From Bacteroidota bacterium (lineage in GTDB: Bacteria > Bacteroidota > Bacteroidia > Chitinophagales > Chitinophagaceae), in assembly GCA_039798125.1 (NCBI GenBank), contig JBDKGO010000001.1, positions 145 to 64,144 of the forward strand: a stretch of DNA of 64,000 nt, in the 5' to 3' direction. Made by a program: the position numbers and the translations under genes. Position 1 is the stretch's first letter, and each line of letters opens with the position of its first letter. Shown here one piece after another: positions 49,568-62,351 of this stretch. Below the pieces are notes generated by a model, which did no database searches, was not told the DNA's origin, and saw nothing but the letters and a program-made list of their open reading frames with translations.

Positions 49568-51265
49568 TTAATTTTTTGCTAAAAGACTATGCTTTTTAGA
49601 ATACAAATTATAAATCACTAAACCAATTGACATCCAAATAAAGAACCATAACCAACTTACTGGCGGAATCTCTATCATCAAATACAAGCAACACATGGCA
49701 CCTATAATTGGGATGATGGAGTATTTTTTAAGAAAACTTAATATAGCCACTACAATAAAAATAAAAGTAAAGACTAAAAATAAAATTTCCTGATAGCTTT
49801 CATTACCAGCTTCCTTAAATGCAGTGAAGATTCTATCTTGCGCAAAATATAAAAAAATCAAGGCCAATGCAGGAATAATATATTGTCCATTGATATAAGG
49901 TAATCTAAATGCTTGTCCCTTAATGGATGGAGATAATCTTGGTAAAACCAATACACCAAAACAAACTAGCACAAATGCAAACAAAGTACCTATACTAGTT
50001 AAGTCTGTCATTCTCGAAATAGACATGAACATGGCAGGCACACCAACAAAAATTCCTGTGATGATGGTTGCAAAACCTGGAGTACCATATTTAGGATGTA
50101 CTTCGGAAAACTTCTTTGGCAATAATCCATCGCGACTCATACTCATCCAGATTCTTGGCTGGCCTAATTGAAATACCAATAGCACACTTGTTGTGGCCAC
50201 AACTGCACTGATAGAAATGATGTATCCAATTTTATGCATCCCAATTCTTTCAAAGACAAATGCCAATGGATCATCCACTTTTAATTCTGTATAACTAACC
50301 ATCCCTGTTAAAACCAATGCAATAAGGATATACAAAACAGTACAAATTAATAAGGAATAAATCATACCTCTCGGCAAATCTCTTTGAGGGTTTTTACATT
50401 CTTCGGCAGTGGTAGAAATGGCATCAAAACCAATATAGGCATAAAATACAGCTGAGACACCCGCTAAAACACCTTTAAATCCATTGGGCATGAATGGTGC
50501 CCAGTTCGCCGTATCCACATAAAAGAAACCAAGTATAATGACCATTAGAATGATCGCAATTTTAAAGAGTACCATGAAGTTTGTACTCTTTTTACTCTCT
50601 TTAATCCCTCTGTACACCAACATGGTTATTAAAACCACAATTACAAATGCGGGCATATTTAGAATGATTCTTGTTTGACCAATCATGGGTGCATTGGTGA
50701 TAGCATCATAACCTATTCTTGCAAGCTTAGAAAATGTAGCCGGCGTTCCACCAGCCGCTAAATGTTTCATCGCTTCCTCATAACCTTGCTGTGCCGTTTC
50801 AAAATTGGTAGACAACCAACCTGGAAGATGAATATGGAAGCCTTCCAATAAATTAATAAAATAACCACTCCAACTAATCGCAACAACAATATTGCCAATA
50901 GCATATTCTAAGATCAATGCCCATCCAATAATCCATGCAATCAATTCTCCAAAAGTGACATAAGCATAAGTATATGCACTACCTGCTATCGGCACCCTAC
51001 TTGCAAATTCTGCATAACAAAGTGCACTAAATCCACAAGTCACTGCAGTAATTACAAATAAGATAGAGATACCAGGGCCACCATGAAATGCAGCAGAACC
51101 AATCGTAGAAAAAATGCCTGCACCCACCACTGCAGCAATGCCCATTAAAGTTAGATCACGAACACCTAAAACTTTTTTTAATCCACTAGGATGATGTCCA
51201 TCCACTATGCCTGCTTCGGCATCTTGTACAATTTTTTCAATTGACTTTCTTCTAAATAAAGACAT
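49568..51265 (-). CDS. APC family amino acid permease
   Basis: GIAAVVGAGIF, GSAYTY, YIGFDAIST.AEE.KNPQRDLP. Confidence 0.93.
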   Translation of the reverse strand: MSLFRRKSIEKIVQDAEAGIVDGHHPSGLKKVLGVRDLTLMGIAAVVGAGIFSTIGSAAFHGGPGISILFVITAVTCGFSALCYAEFASRVPIAGSAYTYAYVTFGELIAWIIGWALILEYAIGNIVVAISWSGYFINLLEGFHIHLPGWLSTNFETAQQGYEEAMKHLAAGGTPATFSKLARIGYDAITNAPMIGQTRIILNMPAFVIVVLITMLVYRGIKESKKSTNFMVLFKIAIILMVIILGFFYVDTANWAPFMPNGFKGVLAGVSAVFYAYIGFDAISTTAEECKNPQRDLPRGMIYSLLICTVLYILIALVLTGMVSYTELKVDDPLAFVFERIGMHKIGYIISISAVVATTSVLLVFQLGQPRIWMSMSRDGLLPKKFSEVHPKYGTPGFATIITGIFVGVPAMFMSISRMTDLTSIGTLFAFVLVCFGVLVLPRLSPSIKGQAFRLPYINGQYIIPALALIFLYFAQDRIFTAFKEAGNESYQEILFLVFTFIFIVVAILSFLKKYSIIPIIGAMCCLYLMIEIPPVSWLWFFIWMSIGLVIYNLYSKKHSLLAKN

Positions 51266-51269
51266 ATAA

Positions 51270-52235
51270 TTATTGGATTCTGTTCATTAAATAATTCGCC
51301 AAATCGATCAATGGCTTTTTCCTTGCTTCCACCACTGCAATAGCTTCTAAATGATCCAAGGCTTCTTGCATGTATTTTTGTTTTAAATCTTCCGCCCAAG
51401 CATCCACTTTACAAGCTTTAAAAATAGCCAATACTTGTTCCACTTTATCTTCAGCATCAGATTCCAATAAAGCATTTAATGTTTTCAATTGGTCTGGATT
51501 AGCTGTTTCTAATGCACGAATTAATAAGAAGGTTTTTTTGTTTTGCTTTATATCGCCACCAGCATCCTTACCAAATATAGCTGCATCTCCAAAAGCATCT
51601 AAATAATCATCTTGTATTTGAAATGCGATTCCTAATTTTTTTCCAAACTCATATAAATGCGAACAATTATGCTCACCAGCACCACCAATGATCGCGCCCA
51701 TTTGTAAACTTGCTGCTAATAAGACAGAAGTTTTTAAGGTAATCATGTGGATGTATTCGTCCATTGAAACATTTGTTCTTTTGGCATAATCCATATCCAA
51801 TTGTTGTCCTTCACAAACCTCTCTTGCTGTTTGATTAAAAAGTCCAAGTATTTTAGATAAATGATTCGATTGAATCGGTTGTAAATATTCATAGGCTCTG
51901 ATGACCATAATGTCACCCACTAATAAAGCGGTATTGGCATCATATTTTGTGTGCACTGTAGGTTGGCCTCTTCTTAAATTAGCCTCGTCCATCATATCAT
52001 CATGCACTAAAGAGAAATTATGAAATAGCTCCACTGCTTTTGCAGCTAAAAATGCATCCGGATGTAATTCACTGAACAATTCATTTCCTAATAAACATAA
52101 AACTGGACGAATACGTTTACCGCCAATTTTTAAAAAATATGCACTCGGCTCATACAATGTAGCCGGTTGTGATGGAAAATGTGCGGTATCGAAATCTTTG
52201 TTGAATTTTTCGATCAGTTCTTGAAAAGGATGCAT
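51270..52235 (-). CDS. Polyprenyl synthetase (short-chain trans-isoprenyl diphosphate synthase)
   Basis: GGKRIRP, HDDMMD..LRRG, GQQLD, KT, FQIQDDYLD. Confidence 0.93.
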   Translation of the reverse strand: MHPFQELIEKFNKDFDTAHFPSQPATLYEPSAYFLKIGGKRIRPVLCLLGNELFSELHPDAFLAAKAVELFHNFSLVHDDMMDEANLRRGQPTVHTKYDANTALLVGDIMVIRAYEYLQPIQSNHLSKILGLFNQTAREVCEGQQLDMDYAKRTNVSMDEYIHMITLKTSVLLAASLQMGAIIGGAGEHNCSHLYEFGKKLGIAFQIQDDYLDAFGDAAIFGKDAGGDIKQNKKTFLLIRALETANPDQLKTLNALLESDAEDKVEQVLAIFKACKVDAWAEDLKQKYMQEALDHLEAIAVVEARKKPLIDLANYLMNRIQ

Positions 52236-52322
52236 GTTACAAACTTACCCAAATTTTACCATTTTTTAAACAGTTGTTTGCCCCTTGAAGCCTAAATTTG
52301 TACTATTCAAACAGCTATTTTT

Positions 52323-52841
52323 ATGAGAATTATCCCCCTATTTCTTATTCCATTTTTTGGATTGCTTAGTTCCCAATCCAACGCGCAAGCTTATACATTA
52401 GAACCTGCACCAAAAACAGGCCCATTTACGACAGGGTACAAAAAAGCAATAGGTGTTAAAATGTACCCGAGTGCGATCTCCTATAAATCTTTTATGACAA
52501 ATACTAAAGCGATTGAAGTACTTGGTTATCTCACTTTAGACGGATTTAGAACAACCATTATGGTCGAAAAATATAGTGGATTTGCCAACACTGATCAACT
52601 AAGTTGGTATATCGGATATGGTGGGCATTTAGGGATCTGGAGCCAAGAGTGGAAAAAGAATAACCCAACACATAATGCAGGTATTGCAGTGGGTGTGGAT
52701 GGTATATTAGGATTGGATTACAAGCTAAAGAACGCGCCGCTTAACTTTAGTTTAGACTGGCAACCTTCTTTTAATTTTGTTGGATCTAGCTATTTTGAAA
52801 GTGGATGGGCCGGTTTAGGCATTCGCTACACCCTTAAATAA
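52323..52841 (+). CDS. Small outer-membrane beta-barrel hypothetical protein
   Basis: Signal peptide; WYIGYGGH, GVDGILGLDYK, SLDWQP, terminal GIRYT. Confidence 0.75.
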   Translation: MRIIPLFLIPFFGLLSSQSNAQAYTLEPAPKTGPFTTGYKKAIGVKMYPSAISYKSFMTNTKAIEVLGYLTLDGFRTTIMVEKYSGFANTDQLSWYIGYGGHLGIWSQEWKKNNPTHNAGIAVGVDGILGLDYKLKNAPLNFSLDWQPSFNFVGSSYFESGWAGLGIRYTLK

Positions 52842-53780
52842 AGTTTGAACAAAAGCAACTTTATCAAATAAAATAAGGTCATCTAACTGCTCTCCCACAC
52901 CTATATATTTTACTGGTATTTTACATTGATGTGCTATGGCTAATAAGACTCCACCTTTTGCCGTACCGTCCAATTTAGTAATGGCTAGTGCAGTCACATT
53001 GGTGACAGCCATGAATTGTTTTGCTTGCTCCAAAGCATTCTGACCTGTTGAACCATCTAATACTAATAAAACTTCATGTGGCGCATCAGGGATTTGTTTT
53101 TGAATAACACGTTTAATTTTATTCAACTCGTCCATCAAATGTGCTTTGTTGTGTAAACGTCCAGCTGTATCAATAAATACAATATCAGATTTTCTTGCAA
53201 TGGCGGACTGTACGGTATCAAAAGCCACAGAACTTGGATCGGCTCCCATATTTTGCTTAACAATTGGTACGCCAACCCTTTCACTCCAAATAGTCAACTG
53301 GTCCACCGCAGCGGCCCTAAAGGTATCGGCAGCACCCAATAGTACTTCGTTCCCTGCTGCTTTAAAATGATGTGCTAATTTGCCAATGGTTGTGGTCTTC
53401 CCTACACCATTCACACCAACCACCAGGGTGATATATGGTTTTTTTGATTCAGGTACTTGAAAACCAGCAAGATCCTGTGGTGCATCTATTAATAAATTTG
53501 CAATCTCGTCATATAAAATTTGATTCAATTCGGAGGTCGAAATATATTTATCCTTCTTCACTCTATCTTGAATACGTTCGATAATGGCTAAAGTGGTATC
53601 CACTCCAACATCAGCACCAATCAATGCTTCTTCTAATTGATCTAATACAACATCATCCACGGAGGTCTTACCAACAATTACTTTAGAAATACGCTCAAAA
53701 AAGCCCTGCTTGGTCTTTTCTAAGCCTTGGTCTAGAGACTCCTGTTCTTTTTTCCCAAATAATTTTCCTAAAAAACTCAT
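52815..53780 (-). CDS. ftsY: Signal recognition particle receptor FtsY
   Basis: GVNGVGKTTT, DTFRAAA, DTAGR, TKLDGTAKGG. Confidence 0.97.
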   Translation of the reverse strand: MSFLGKLFGKKEQESLDQGLEKTKQGFFERISKVIVGKTSVDDVVLDQLEEALIGADVGVDTTLAIIERIQDRVKKDKYISTSELNQILYDEIANLLIDAPQDLAGFQVPESKKPYITLVVGVNGVGKTTTIGKLAHHFKAAGNEVLLGAADTFRAAAVDQLTIWSERVGVPIVKQNMGADPSSVAFDTVQSAIARKSDIVFIDTAGRLHNKAHLMDELNKIKRVIQKQIPDAPHEVLLVLDGSTGQNALEQAKQFMAVTNVTALAITKLDGTAKGGVLLAIAHQCKIPVKYIGVGEQLDDLILFDKVAFVQTLFKGVANA

Positions 53781-53863
53781 AGGTATCAAAATTAATCAAT
53801 TACAACTTCATATACAATAATAATCCCTCCACACTTAATCCATTATCAATATAATAGGGACAT

Positions 53864-53894
53864 AAAAAAACCTTCAGTTTGAATGAAGGTTTTT
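53864..53894 (-). terminator. Intrinsic terminator after rpmB-rpmG-DUF4295
   Basis: AAAAACCTTCA/TGAAGGTTTTT inverted repeat with T tract on minus. Confidence 0.8.
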
Positions 53895-53928
53895 GAATCT
53901 TATTGATTAAGAATATCAATAGCAGTAA

Positions 53929-54102
53929 TTATTTAGCTGCTAAGAATTCTTTAACGTTGTCTTTATAAACGATAGACTCTTTAAAAGTATACGCACCAGT
54001 TTTAGGGCTACGCACCGCTTTAATTACTTTAGTCCAGTTTTTTGCTTCAGCAGAAGCCTTAAGATCCTTGATTTTCGCGTTTTTAGAAGCTGCTTTTGCC
54101 AT
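53929..54102 (-). CDS. DUF4295 protein (Bacteroidota ribosomal protein bL38), 57 aa
   Basis: Manual translation MAKAASKNAKIKDLKASAEAKNWTKVIKAVRSPKTGAYTFKESIVYKDNVKEFLAAK; position between rpmG and ftsY. Confidence 0.9.
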   Translation of the reverse strand: MAKAASKNAKIKDLKASAEAKNWTKVIKAVRSPKTGAYTFKESIVYKDNVKEFLAAK

Positions 54103-54104
54103 GA

Positions 54105-54287
54105 TTATTTAATTTCTTTGTGTACAGTTACTTTTTTCAAAATTGGATTATACTTTTTGAACTCCATACGGTCTGGAGTATTCTTTTTGTTCTTAGTAGT
54201 AATATAACGACTAGTTCCTGGTAAACCAGTAGTCTTGTGCTCTGTGCACTCTAATATTACTTGAACTCTGTTTCCTTTACGTGCCAT
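54105..54287 (-). CDS. rpmG: 50S ribosomal protein L33
   Basis: [32 protein letters not shown]. Confidence 0.96.
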   Translation of the reverse strand: MARKGNRVQVILECTEHKTTGLPGTSRYITTKNKKNTPDRMEFKKYNPILKKVTVHKEIK

Positions 54288-54324
54288 GATGGTATATTAT
54301 AAGTTATACTTAGTGATTATTTAC

Positions 54325-54561
54325 TTAGATCTTGTTGCCTGCGGCTCTTAAATCTTTAACAACTGCTGCTAAACCATTTTTATCAATAGTTCTTAAAGCA
54401 TCAGCAGATACTTTTAAAGTAACCCAACGATCTTCTTCTACAAAGTAGAAACGCTTCTTTTGTAAGTTCGGTAAGAAACGACGCTTTGTTTTAATATTAG
54501 AATGCGATACACTGTTTCCAGTCATCGGTTTCTTTCCAGTTATCTGACATACTCTAGCCAT
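54325..54561 (-). CDS. rpmB: 50S ribosomal protein L28
   Basis: [29 protein letters not shown]. Confidence 0.97.
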   Translation of the reverse strand: MARVCQITGKKPMTGNSVSHSNIKTKRRFLPNLQKKRFYFVEEDRWVTLKVSADALRTIDKNGLAAVVKDLRAAGNKI

Positions 54562-54584
54562 GAGAAATAATTTTTTACGGACGG

Positions 54585-54592
54585 CAAAGGTA
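54585..54592 (-). promoter_or_regulatory. -7 promoter element TACCTTTG of the rpmB operon
   Basis: Exact TAnnTTTG match 23 nt before the rpmB ATG. Confidence 0.65.
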
Positions 54593-54696
54593 AGTAATTA
54601 TACCTTACAGTCCCATTTTTTTAATGTTTTTTTCTATCAAACGATGAAAAAAGGTCTTTTATTGCTAAAATGTTGATTTTTAACCCTTTTTATCTC

Positions 54697-56325
<1,629 letters not shown>

Positions 56326-56363
56326 TCAACTGTTTTGAGGCTGCAAAGTTAAGTGATTTCCGC

Positions 56364-57383
56364 TTACCAATTGGATCTGGCATGCGCAGATGTGGACAAA
56401 GGCTCGAATGCCTGATTGATGTATTTATAATGCGCTGTAATGGCAATCATAGCGGCATTGTCTGTACAATATTGAAAAGCAGGTAGATAGGTCTTTAAGC
56501 CCAGCTTTTGCCCTAATGCTTCAATACCATTACGAACACCCGAATTCGCACTCACGCCACCAGCAATACAAACATGTTTTATTCCAGTTTGCTGAATGGC
56601 TTTCTTTAATTTATATAAAAGGATTTCAACAATGGTGTACTGAACAGAAGCACATAGGTCATTCAAATTTGCTTCGATAAATCCAGGCTCCTGCTTTTGT
56701 AAAAAATACAAGACACTTGTTTTTAATCCACTAAAAGAATAATCTAATTCAGGCACCATAGGCTTGGCGAATTCGAATGCTTTTGGATTGCCTAATTGGG
56801 CTAATTTATCTAAAACAGGTCCACCAGGATAAGGCAACCCTAAGAGTTTTGAAATCTTATCAAAGGCTTCTCCTGCAGCGTCATCAATGGTTTGGCCAAT
56901 GATGATTAAGTCGGATGGACTATTGCATTGCACAATTTGAGTGTGTCCTCCACTCACTGTCAAACATAAAAAAGGAAAACTAGGACGAGGTGCATCAATC
57001 AAATTTGCCAACACATGCGCTTGCATATGGTGCACAGCGATCAAAGGTTTTTGTAAGCTCAATGCCAACGATTTTGCAAACTGTGCCCCCACTAATAAAC
57101 TACCTATGAGACCTGGTGCTTGTGTAAATGCAATGGCATCAAGTGCAGCTAAACGTTTGGCATGTGCTACATCCGGAAAAGCTTTTTTTAAAGCTTCATC
57201 TACCACAGGTACAATATTTTCCATGTGCGCACGACTCGCCAATTCAGGCACAACGCCTCCATATTTTTCATGTACCAATTGGTTGGCAATAAAGTTGGAA
57301 TGGATTTGCCCGTTGATGATCACTGACGCTGCAGTTTCATCACAAGACGATTCAATCGCTAAAATGGTAATTGGTTTTGACAC
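56364..57383 (-). CDS. tsaD: tRNA N6-threonylcarbamoyltransferase TsaD
   Basis: IESSCDET, GGVVPELASRAH, HHMQAH, VSGGHT, DDAAGEAFDK, CTDNAAMI. Confidence 0.97.
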   Translation of the reverse strand: MSKPITILAIESSCDETAASVIINGQIHSNFIANQLVHEKYGGVVPELASRAHMENIVPVVDEALKKAFPDVAHAKRLAALDAIAFTQAPGLIGSLLVGAQFAKSLALSLQKPLIAVHHMQAHVLANLIDAPRPSFPFLCLTVSGGHTQIVQCNSPSDLIIIGQTIDDAAGEAFDKISKLLGLPYPGGPVLDKLAQLGNPKAFEFAKPMVPELDYSFSGLKTSVLYFLQKQEPGFIEANLNDLCASVQYTIVEILLYKLKKAIQQTGIKHVCIAGGVSANSGVRNGIEALGQKLGLKTYLPAFQYCTDNAAMIAITAHYKYINQAFEPLSTSAHARSNW

Positions 57384-57417
57384 CTTGCAAAGGTAAAGCT
57401 TAAATAGATAGGACTAT

Positions 57418-58665
57418 TTATTTCGATCTTATCGCTTCTACTGGATTCATTTTAGCTGCAATTCTTGCTGGAATGATCCCAGAAATAACACCTAAAACAA
57501 TACATAAACTAAGTGCCATGAAAATAATATTTGGAGCGATGGTAATTGGGAATGGCAGGACAGAACTTAAAGCCAAAGTCAATAACCAAACCAAGAATAA
57601 TCCAACCAATCCGCCAACAATACATAAGAAAGCGCTTTCTAAAAGAAACTCGTATAAAATGGTAGAGCTCTTTGCACCAATTGCTTTTTTCAAACCAATC
57701 TGGCTCGTTCTTTCTCTCACAGTTACAAACATAATATTGGCTACACCAAAAGCTCCAACCAATAAGGACAATCCTGCAATGGCCCATCCACCTTGGTTTA
57801 CAGAGCCAAAGAATCCTTCCACCTGATCCTTAAACTGCGCCACATCATTACAAGTAAAATTATCTTCTTGGGTTGGACTTAGTTTTCTTAATTGACGCAT
57901 TACACCAGTTAATTCTTCTTGCAATGCTTTAGAAGTGATGCCAGCTTTTGCCTGCACCATGATATATGGATTATAATTGTCTGGATTGTAAAGAGAGGCA
58001 AAATGGTTGTAGGTAAATAAGCAAGTCCTATCATAATCAAAACCGCCAATGATACTACTACCCTGCTTTTCTATGATACCAATTACCATTAATTTACGAC
58101 CATTAAAAGAGACCACTTTACCCAATCCTTTTTCGGCCTTACCAAATAATTCCTCAGAGACGATATGCCCAATCACACCAACCGGGATACCTCTTTGGAA
58201 ATCGGATTCAGAGAAAAAACGACCATATTTAATATTAAAAGCTTGAATCTCTTTAAACTCTTCGGTCACTCCATATATATTAATTCCTTTTAATACGTTC
58301 TCTTCGTATGTGAAATTTGCATTGGTAGAAACAAAGAATGCGGTGTTGGCTGCCAAACTACTTTTCTTTTTCACCATTTCCATTTCGGTGATTTTCATTG
58401 ATGGTCGTTTCACGAACTTCCACCATGGATATTCTGGTCCACCTGCATAATCCCATTTGTCTATATAAATTGTATTGCTCCCAAAACTAGATAAGTCACT
58501 CTTTACTTTTGATTTCAAACTGTCAATGGTCGCCAAGACGCCAATGATACAAAAGATACCAATGGTGATACCAAACAAAGAAAGAAAGGTTCTTAACTTA
58601 TTTACTTTAAGCTCTTGAAGGGCCATTTTAAAGCTATTCCAAAGGATACCTAAAACTTTAATCAT
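57418..58665 (-). CDS. ABC transporter permease (MacB/FtsX family)
   Basis: NKLRTFLSL.GITIG, NIMFVTVRERT.QIG.KKAIGA, PA..AAKMNPVEAIR. Confidence 0.92.
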   Translation of the reverse strand: MIKVLGILWNSFKMALQELKVNKLRTFLSLFGITIGIFCIIGVLATIDSLKSKVKSDLSSFGSNTIYIDKWDYAGGPEYPWWKFVKRPSMKITEMEMVKKKSSLAANTAFFVSTNANFTYEENVLKGINIYGVTEEFKEIQAFNIKYGRFFSESDFQRGIPVGVIGHIVSEELFGKAEKGLGKVVSFNGRKLMVIGIIEKQGSSIIGGFDYDRTCLFTYNHFASLYNPDNYNPYIMVQAKAGITSKALQEELTGVMRQLRKLSPTQEDNFTCNDVAQFKDQVEGFFGSVNQGGWAIAGLSLLVGAFGVANIMFVTVRERTSQIGLKKAIGAKSSTILYEFLLESAFLCIVGGLVGLFLVWLLTLALSSVLPFPITIAPNIIFMALSLCIVLGVISGIIPARIAAKMNPVEAIRSK

Positions 58666-58825
58666 GTGGTAAAATTAGGATATTCATTTGGATGACCCTA
58701 AATAATTGAAGGGCGGTTGATAAAAGGGCTGAACCATCCAATAGGACGATGAGCAGTTTGTAGAAGAAATTGGTCTATTGTATTAAAAATAAGCAACATA
58801 GAACGAATCCTATCTATTTGATTCG

Positions 58826-58833
58826 TATTTTTG
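58826..58833 (+). promoter_or_regulatory. -7 promoter element TATTTTTG of sdhCAB
   Basis: Exact TAnnTTTG match 24 nt before ATG 58858. Confidence 0.6.
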
Positions 58834-58857
58834 CGGAGATTTTTAAACTCATCTACT

Positions 58858-59556
58858 ATGACATTCAAACAAATGTTTACCTCTTCCGTAGGAAAAAAAT
58901 TGGTAATGGGATTCACAGGTATTTTCTTAATTCTTTTTTTAATTGTACATGCTGGACTGAACGCAACCATTTGGGCAAATGATGGTGGATTGATGTTCAA
59001 TAAAGCTGGACATTTTATGGGAAGCAATGCAGTACCAAGAATCTTAGAGATTGGATTATTCCTTGGCATCTTTTTACATATTTATCAAGGTTATTTATTG
59101 ACCCTCGAAAATAAAAGTAAAAGAGCAGTTGGTTATGCTGTGAACTATGATAAAGGCAGTAAATGGTATAGCAGAAGTATGGCTATTTTAGGCACACTCA
59201 TTCTCTTGTTTTTAATTGCACATATCTATCATTTTTGGACACCAAGTAGACTAGGTGGTTTGGGTTCAATTAAGGCATTAGGAGAAGTTGAACACAATGG
59301 TGTTGTCTTGCACAATCTATATGCCGAAATGGATTTGGTATTTACCAATCCTTACATCGTTGTTTTATATGTGTTGGCTTGTGGATCATTAGGATACCAC
59401 TTAGCACATGGATTCCAGAGTGCATTTAAAACAATTGGTGTGCACAATAAAAAGTACCATGCCATGTTGACTAGCATTGGTTATGGTTTTTCCATTTTTA
59501 TTCCATTGCTATTTGCTTTGATGCCAATTAGCTTTTATTTTGATTGGATTAAATAA
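58858..59556 (+). CDS. sdhC: Succinate dehydrogenase cytochrome b558 subunit
   Basis: SSVGKK.VMG.TG, five TM helices with His ligands, HL.HGFQSAF. Confidence 0.92.
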   Translation: MTFKQMFTSSVGKKLVMGFTGIFLILFLIVHAGLNATIWANDGGLMFNKAGHFMGSNAVPRILEIGLFLGIFLHIYQGYLLTLENKSKRAVGYAVNYDKGSKWYSRSMAILGTLILLFLIAHIYHFWTPSRLGGLGSIKALGEVEHNGVVLHNLYAEMDLVFTNPYIVVLYVLACGSLGYHLAHGFQSAFKTIGVHNKKYHAMLTSIGYGFSIFIPLLFALMPISFYFDWIK

Positions 59557-59606
59557 TTCAAATCAACAAACACAATTTTCATTAACTGATTGATAAAAGA
59601 TTAACT

Positions 59607-61580
59607 ATGATAGACGCTAAAATTCCAAAAGGTGATCTTGATAATAAATGGGAAGATTATAAAGGCCATTGCAAATTGGTCAACCCAGCTAATAAAAGAA
59701 AAATGGAAGTGATTGTAGTGGGTACCGGTTTGGCTGGTGCTTCTGCTGCTGCTTCTTTAGGTGAGATGGGATATAAAGTGAAAGCATTTTGTTTCCAGGA
59801 TTCACCGCGTCGTGCACACTCTATCGCTGCACAAGGTGGTATCAATGCCGCTAAAAACTATCAAAATGATGGAGATAGCGTATTTAGATTATTCTATGAT
59901 ACAATTAAAGGTGGTGACTATCGTGCGCGTGAAGCGAATGTGCATCGCTTAGCAGAAGTGAGTTCAAATATTATTGATCAATGTGTGGCACAGGGTGTAC
60001 CCTTTGCACGTGAATATGGCGGATTATTAAGTAACCGTTCTTTTGGTGGTACGCAAGTTCAAAGAACTTTTTATGCTGCTGGTCAAACAGGTCAACAATT
60101 ATTAATAGGTGCTTACCAAGCTTTAGAGCGTCAAGTTGCATTAGGGAATGTGCAAATGTTTGCACGTCACGAAATGTTAGACGTGGTAAAAGTAGATGGT
60201 AAAGCAAAAGGAATTATTGCACGTAATTTAATTACAGGTGAATTAGAAAGACATTTTGGATATGCCGTTTTATTGTGTACAGGTGGATATGGTAATGTAT
60301 ATTATTTATCAACCAATGCCATGGGTTCTAATGTAACTGCTGCATGGAAAGCGCATAAGCAAGGTGCTTATTTTGCCAACCCTTGTTTCACTCAGATCCA
60401 CCCTACTTGTATACCAGTAAGTGGTGACCACCAATCTAAATTAACTTTGATGTCAGAGTCATTAAGAAATGATGGTCGTATTTGGGTTCCAAAAAAATTA
60501 GGGGATGACAGAAAAGCAAATGATATTCCAGAAGAAGAAAGAGATTATTATTTAGAGCGTCGTTATCCAGCGTTCGGAAACTTAGTACCTCGTGACGTTG
60601 CGTCTCGTGCTGCAAAAGAAAGATGTGATGCAGGATATGGCGTTGGAACTTCTAAGCAAGCAGTTTATTTAGATTATGCAGCAGCTATAGAGCGTTATGG
60701 TAAAACAGAAGTGAGTAAGAAAGGTCTTAGCAATGTTAGCCACGAAGAAATCATTGCTCTAGGCAAAGAGGTGGTGAAGGAAAAATATGGTAACTTATTT
60801 GATATGTACGCAAAAATCACGGGTGAAAATCCATACGAAGTGCCAATGCGTATTTATCCTGCAGTACACTATACCATGGGTGGTTTATGGGTAGATTATG
60901 AATTACAAACTTCTGTTCCAGGTTTATATGCATTAGGAGAAGCGAACTTTAGCGACCACGGTGCCAATCGTTTAGGTGCAAGTGCTTTAATGCAAGGTTT
61001 AGCAGATGGTTATTTTGTAATCCCATACACACTAGGTAATAACTTAGCAGACGAGATTTACAATGCCCCTATCCCTACTTCACATCCTGCATTTGAAGCA
61101 GCAGAAAAAACAGTTGCAGATAGAATCGCTACCTTAAAAAATATCAACGGTAAACAAACTGTTGAAAGCTTCCACAAGCGTTTAGGTAAAATTATTTGGA
61201 ACGAATGTGGTATGTCAAGATCTGCTGCTGGTTTAAAGCAAGCCATTGCAGATGTACAAGCATTGAAAAAAGAATTCTGGTCTGATGTAAGAATCCCAGG
61301 AGAAATCAACGAATACAATCCTGAATTAGATAAAGCCAACCGTGTTGCTGACTTTATTGAACTAGGAGAATTAATGTGCGTAGATGCTTTAGCAAGAGAA
61401 GAAAGCTGTGGTGGTCACTTTAGAGAAGAATACCAAACACCAGAAGGAGAAGCATTAAGAGACGATGCCAAATTTATGTATGTTGCTGCATGGGAATTGA
61501 AAAATGAACATGAGTGGGCTTTACACAAAGAGGAATTAAAATACGAAGTGATTCAAACATCTCAAAGAAACTATAAATAA
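59607..61580 (+). CDS. sdhA: Succinate dehydrogenase/fumarate reductase flavoprotein
   Basis: [46 protein letters not shown]. Confidence 0.96.
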   Translation: MIDAKIPKGDLDNKWEDYKGHCKLVNPANKRKMEVIVVGTGLAGASAAASLGEMGYKVKAFCFQDSPRRAHSIAAQGGINAAKNYQNDGDSVFRLFYDTIKGGDYRAREANVHRLAEVSSNIIDQCVAQGVPFAREYGGLLSNRSFGGTQVQRTFYAAGQTGQQLLIGAYQALERQVALGNVQMFARHEMLDVVKVDGKAKGIIARNLITGELERHFGYAVLLCTGGYGNVYYLSTNAMGSNVTAAWKAHKQGAYFANPCFTQIHPTCIPVSGDHQSKLTLMSESLRNDGRIWVPKKLGDDRKANDIPEEERDYYLERRYPAFGNLVPRDVASRAAKERCDAGYGVGTSKQAVYLDYAAAIERYGKTEVSKKGLSNVSHEEIIALGKEVVKEKYGNLFDMYAKITGENPYEVPMRIYPAVHYTMGGLWVDYELQTSVPGLYALGEANFSDHGANRLGASALMQGLADGYFVIPYTLGNNLADEIYNAPIPTSHPAFEAAEKTVADRIATLKNINGKQTVESFHKRLGKIIWNECGMSRSAAGLKQAIADVQALKKEFWSDVRIPGEINEYNPELDKANRVADFIELGELMCVDALAREESCGGHFREEYQTPEGEALRDDAKFMYVAAWELKNEHEWALHKEELKYEVIQTSQRNYK

Positions 61581-61587
61581 TATTGCC

Positions 61588-62349
61588 ATGTCACATACTA
61601 CTATGAATTTAAATTTAAAGGTTTGGCGTCAAAAAAATACAAAAACTCCTGGTGCATTTGAAATGTACAGAGTTGAAAATATTTCTGATGAAATGTCTTT
61701 CTTGGAAATGATGGATATTTTGAACGAACAATTGATCACATCAGGTGAAGATCCAGTTGCATTTGACCATGATTGTAGAGAAGGTATCTGCGGAATGTGT
61801 TCAATGTACATCAATGGTAAGCCACACGGTCCTTGGCAAGCCAATACGACTTGTCAATTACACATGCGTGCATTCAAAGACAATGACACGATTGTAATTG
61901 AGCCATGGAGAGCAAATGCATTTCCGGTGATTAAAGATTTAACTGTTGACAGATCTGCTTTTGATAGAATCATACAAGCAGGTGGATACGTTAGTGTAAA
62001 TACAGGTAATGCAGTAGATGGTAATTCATTGCCAATCGAAAAAGCAAAAGCGGATGAAGCATTTGCAGCAGCTATGTGTATTGGTTGTGGAGCTTGTGTA
62101 GCAGCTTGTAAAAATAGTTCTGCCATGTTATTCTTAAGTGCTAAAGTATCTCACTTAGCCTTATTGCCACAAGGAGGTCCAGAAAGAAAAACACGTGTTA
62201 CCAATATGGTGGCACAATTAGATAAGGAAGGCTTTGGAGCATGTACCAATACAGGTGCTTGTGAAGCAGCTTGTCCAAAAGAAATTTCAATAGCGAACAT
62301 TGCTCGTTTAAACAAAGAGTATATCGTAGCTGGTTTAACATCTGAATAA
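61588..62349 (+). CDS. sdhB: Succinate dehydrogenase/fumarate reductase Fe-S subunit
   Basis: [32 protein letters not shown]. Confidence 0.96.
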   Translation: MSHTTMNLNLKVWRQKNTKTPGAFEMYRVENISDEMSFLEMMDILNEQLITSGEDPVAFDHDCREGICGMCSMYINGKPHGPWQANTTCQLHMRAFKDNDTIVIEPWRANAFPVIKDLTVDRSAFDRIIQAGGYVSVNTGNAVDGNSLPIEKAKADEAFAAAMCIGCGACVAACKNSSAMLFLSAKVSHLALLPQGGPERKTRVTNMVAQLDKEGFGACTNTGACEAACPKEISIANIARLNKEYIVAGLTSE

Positions 62350-62351
62350 TA

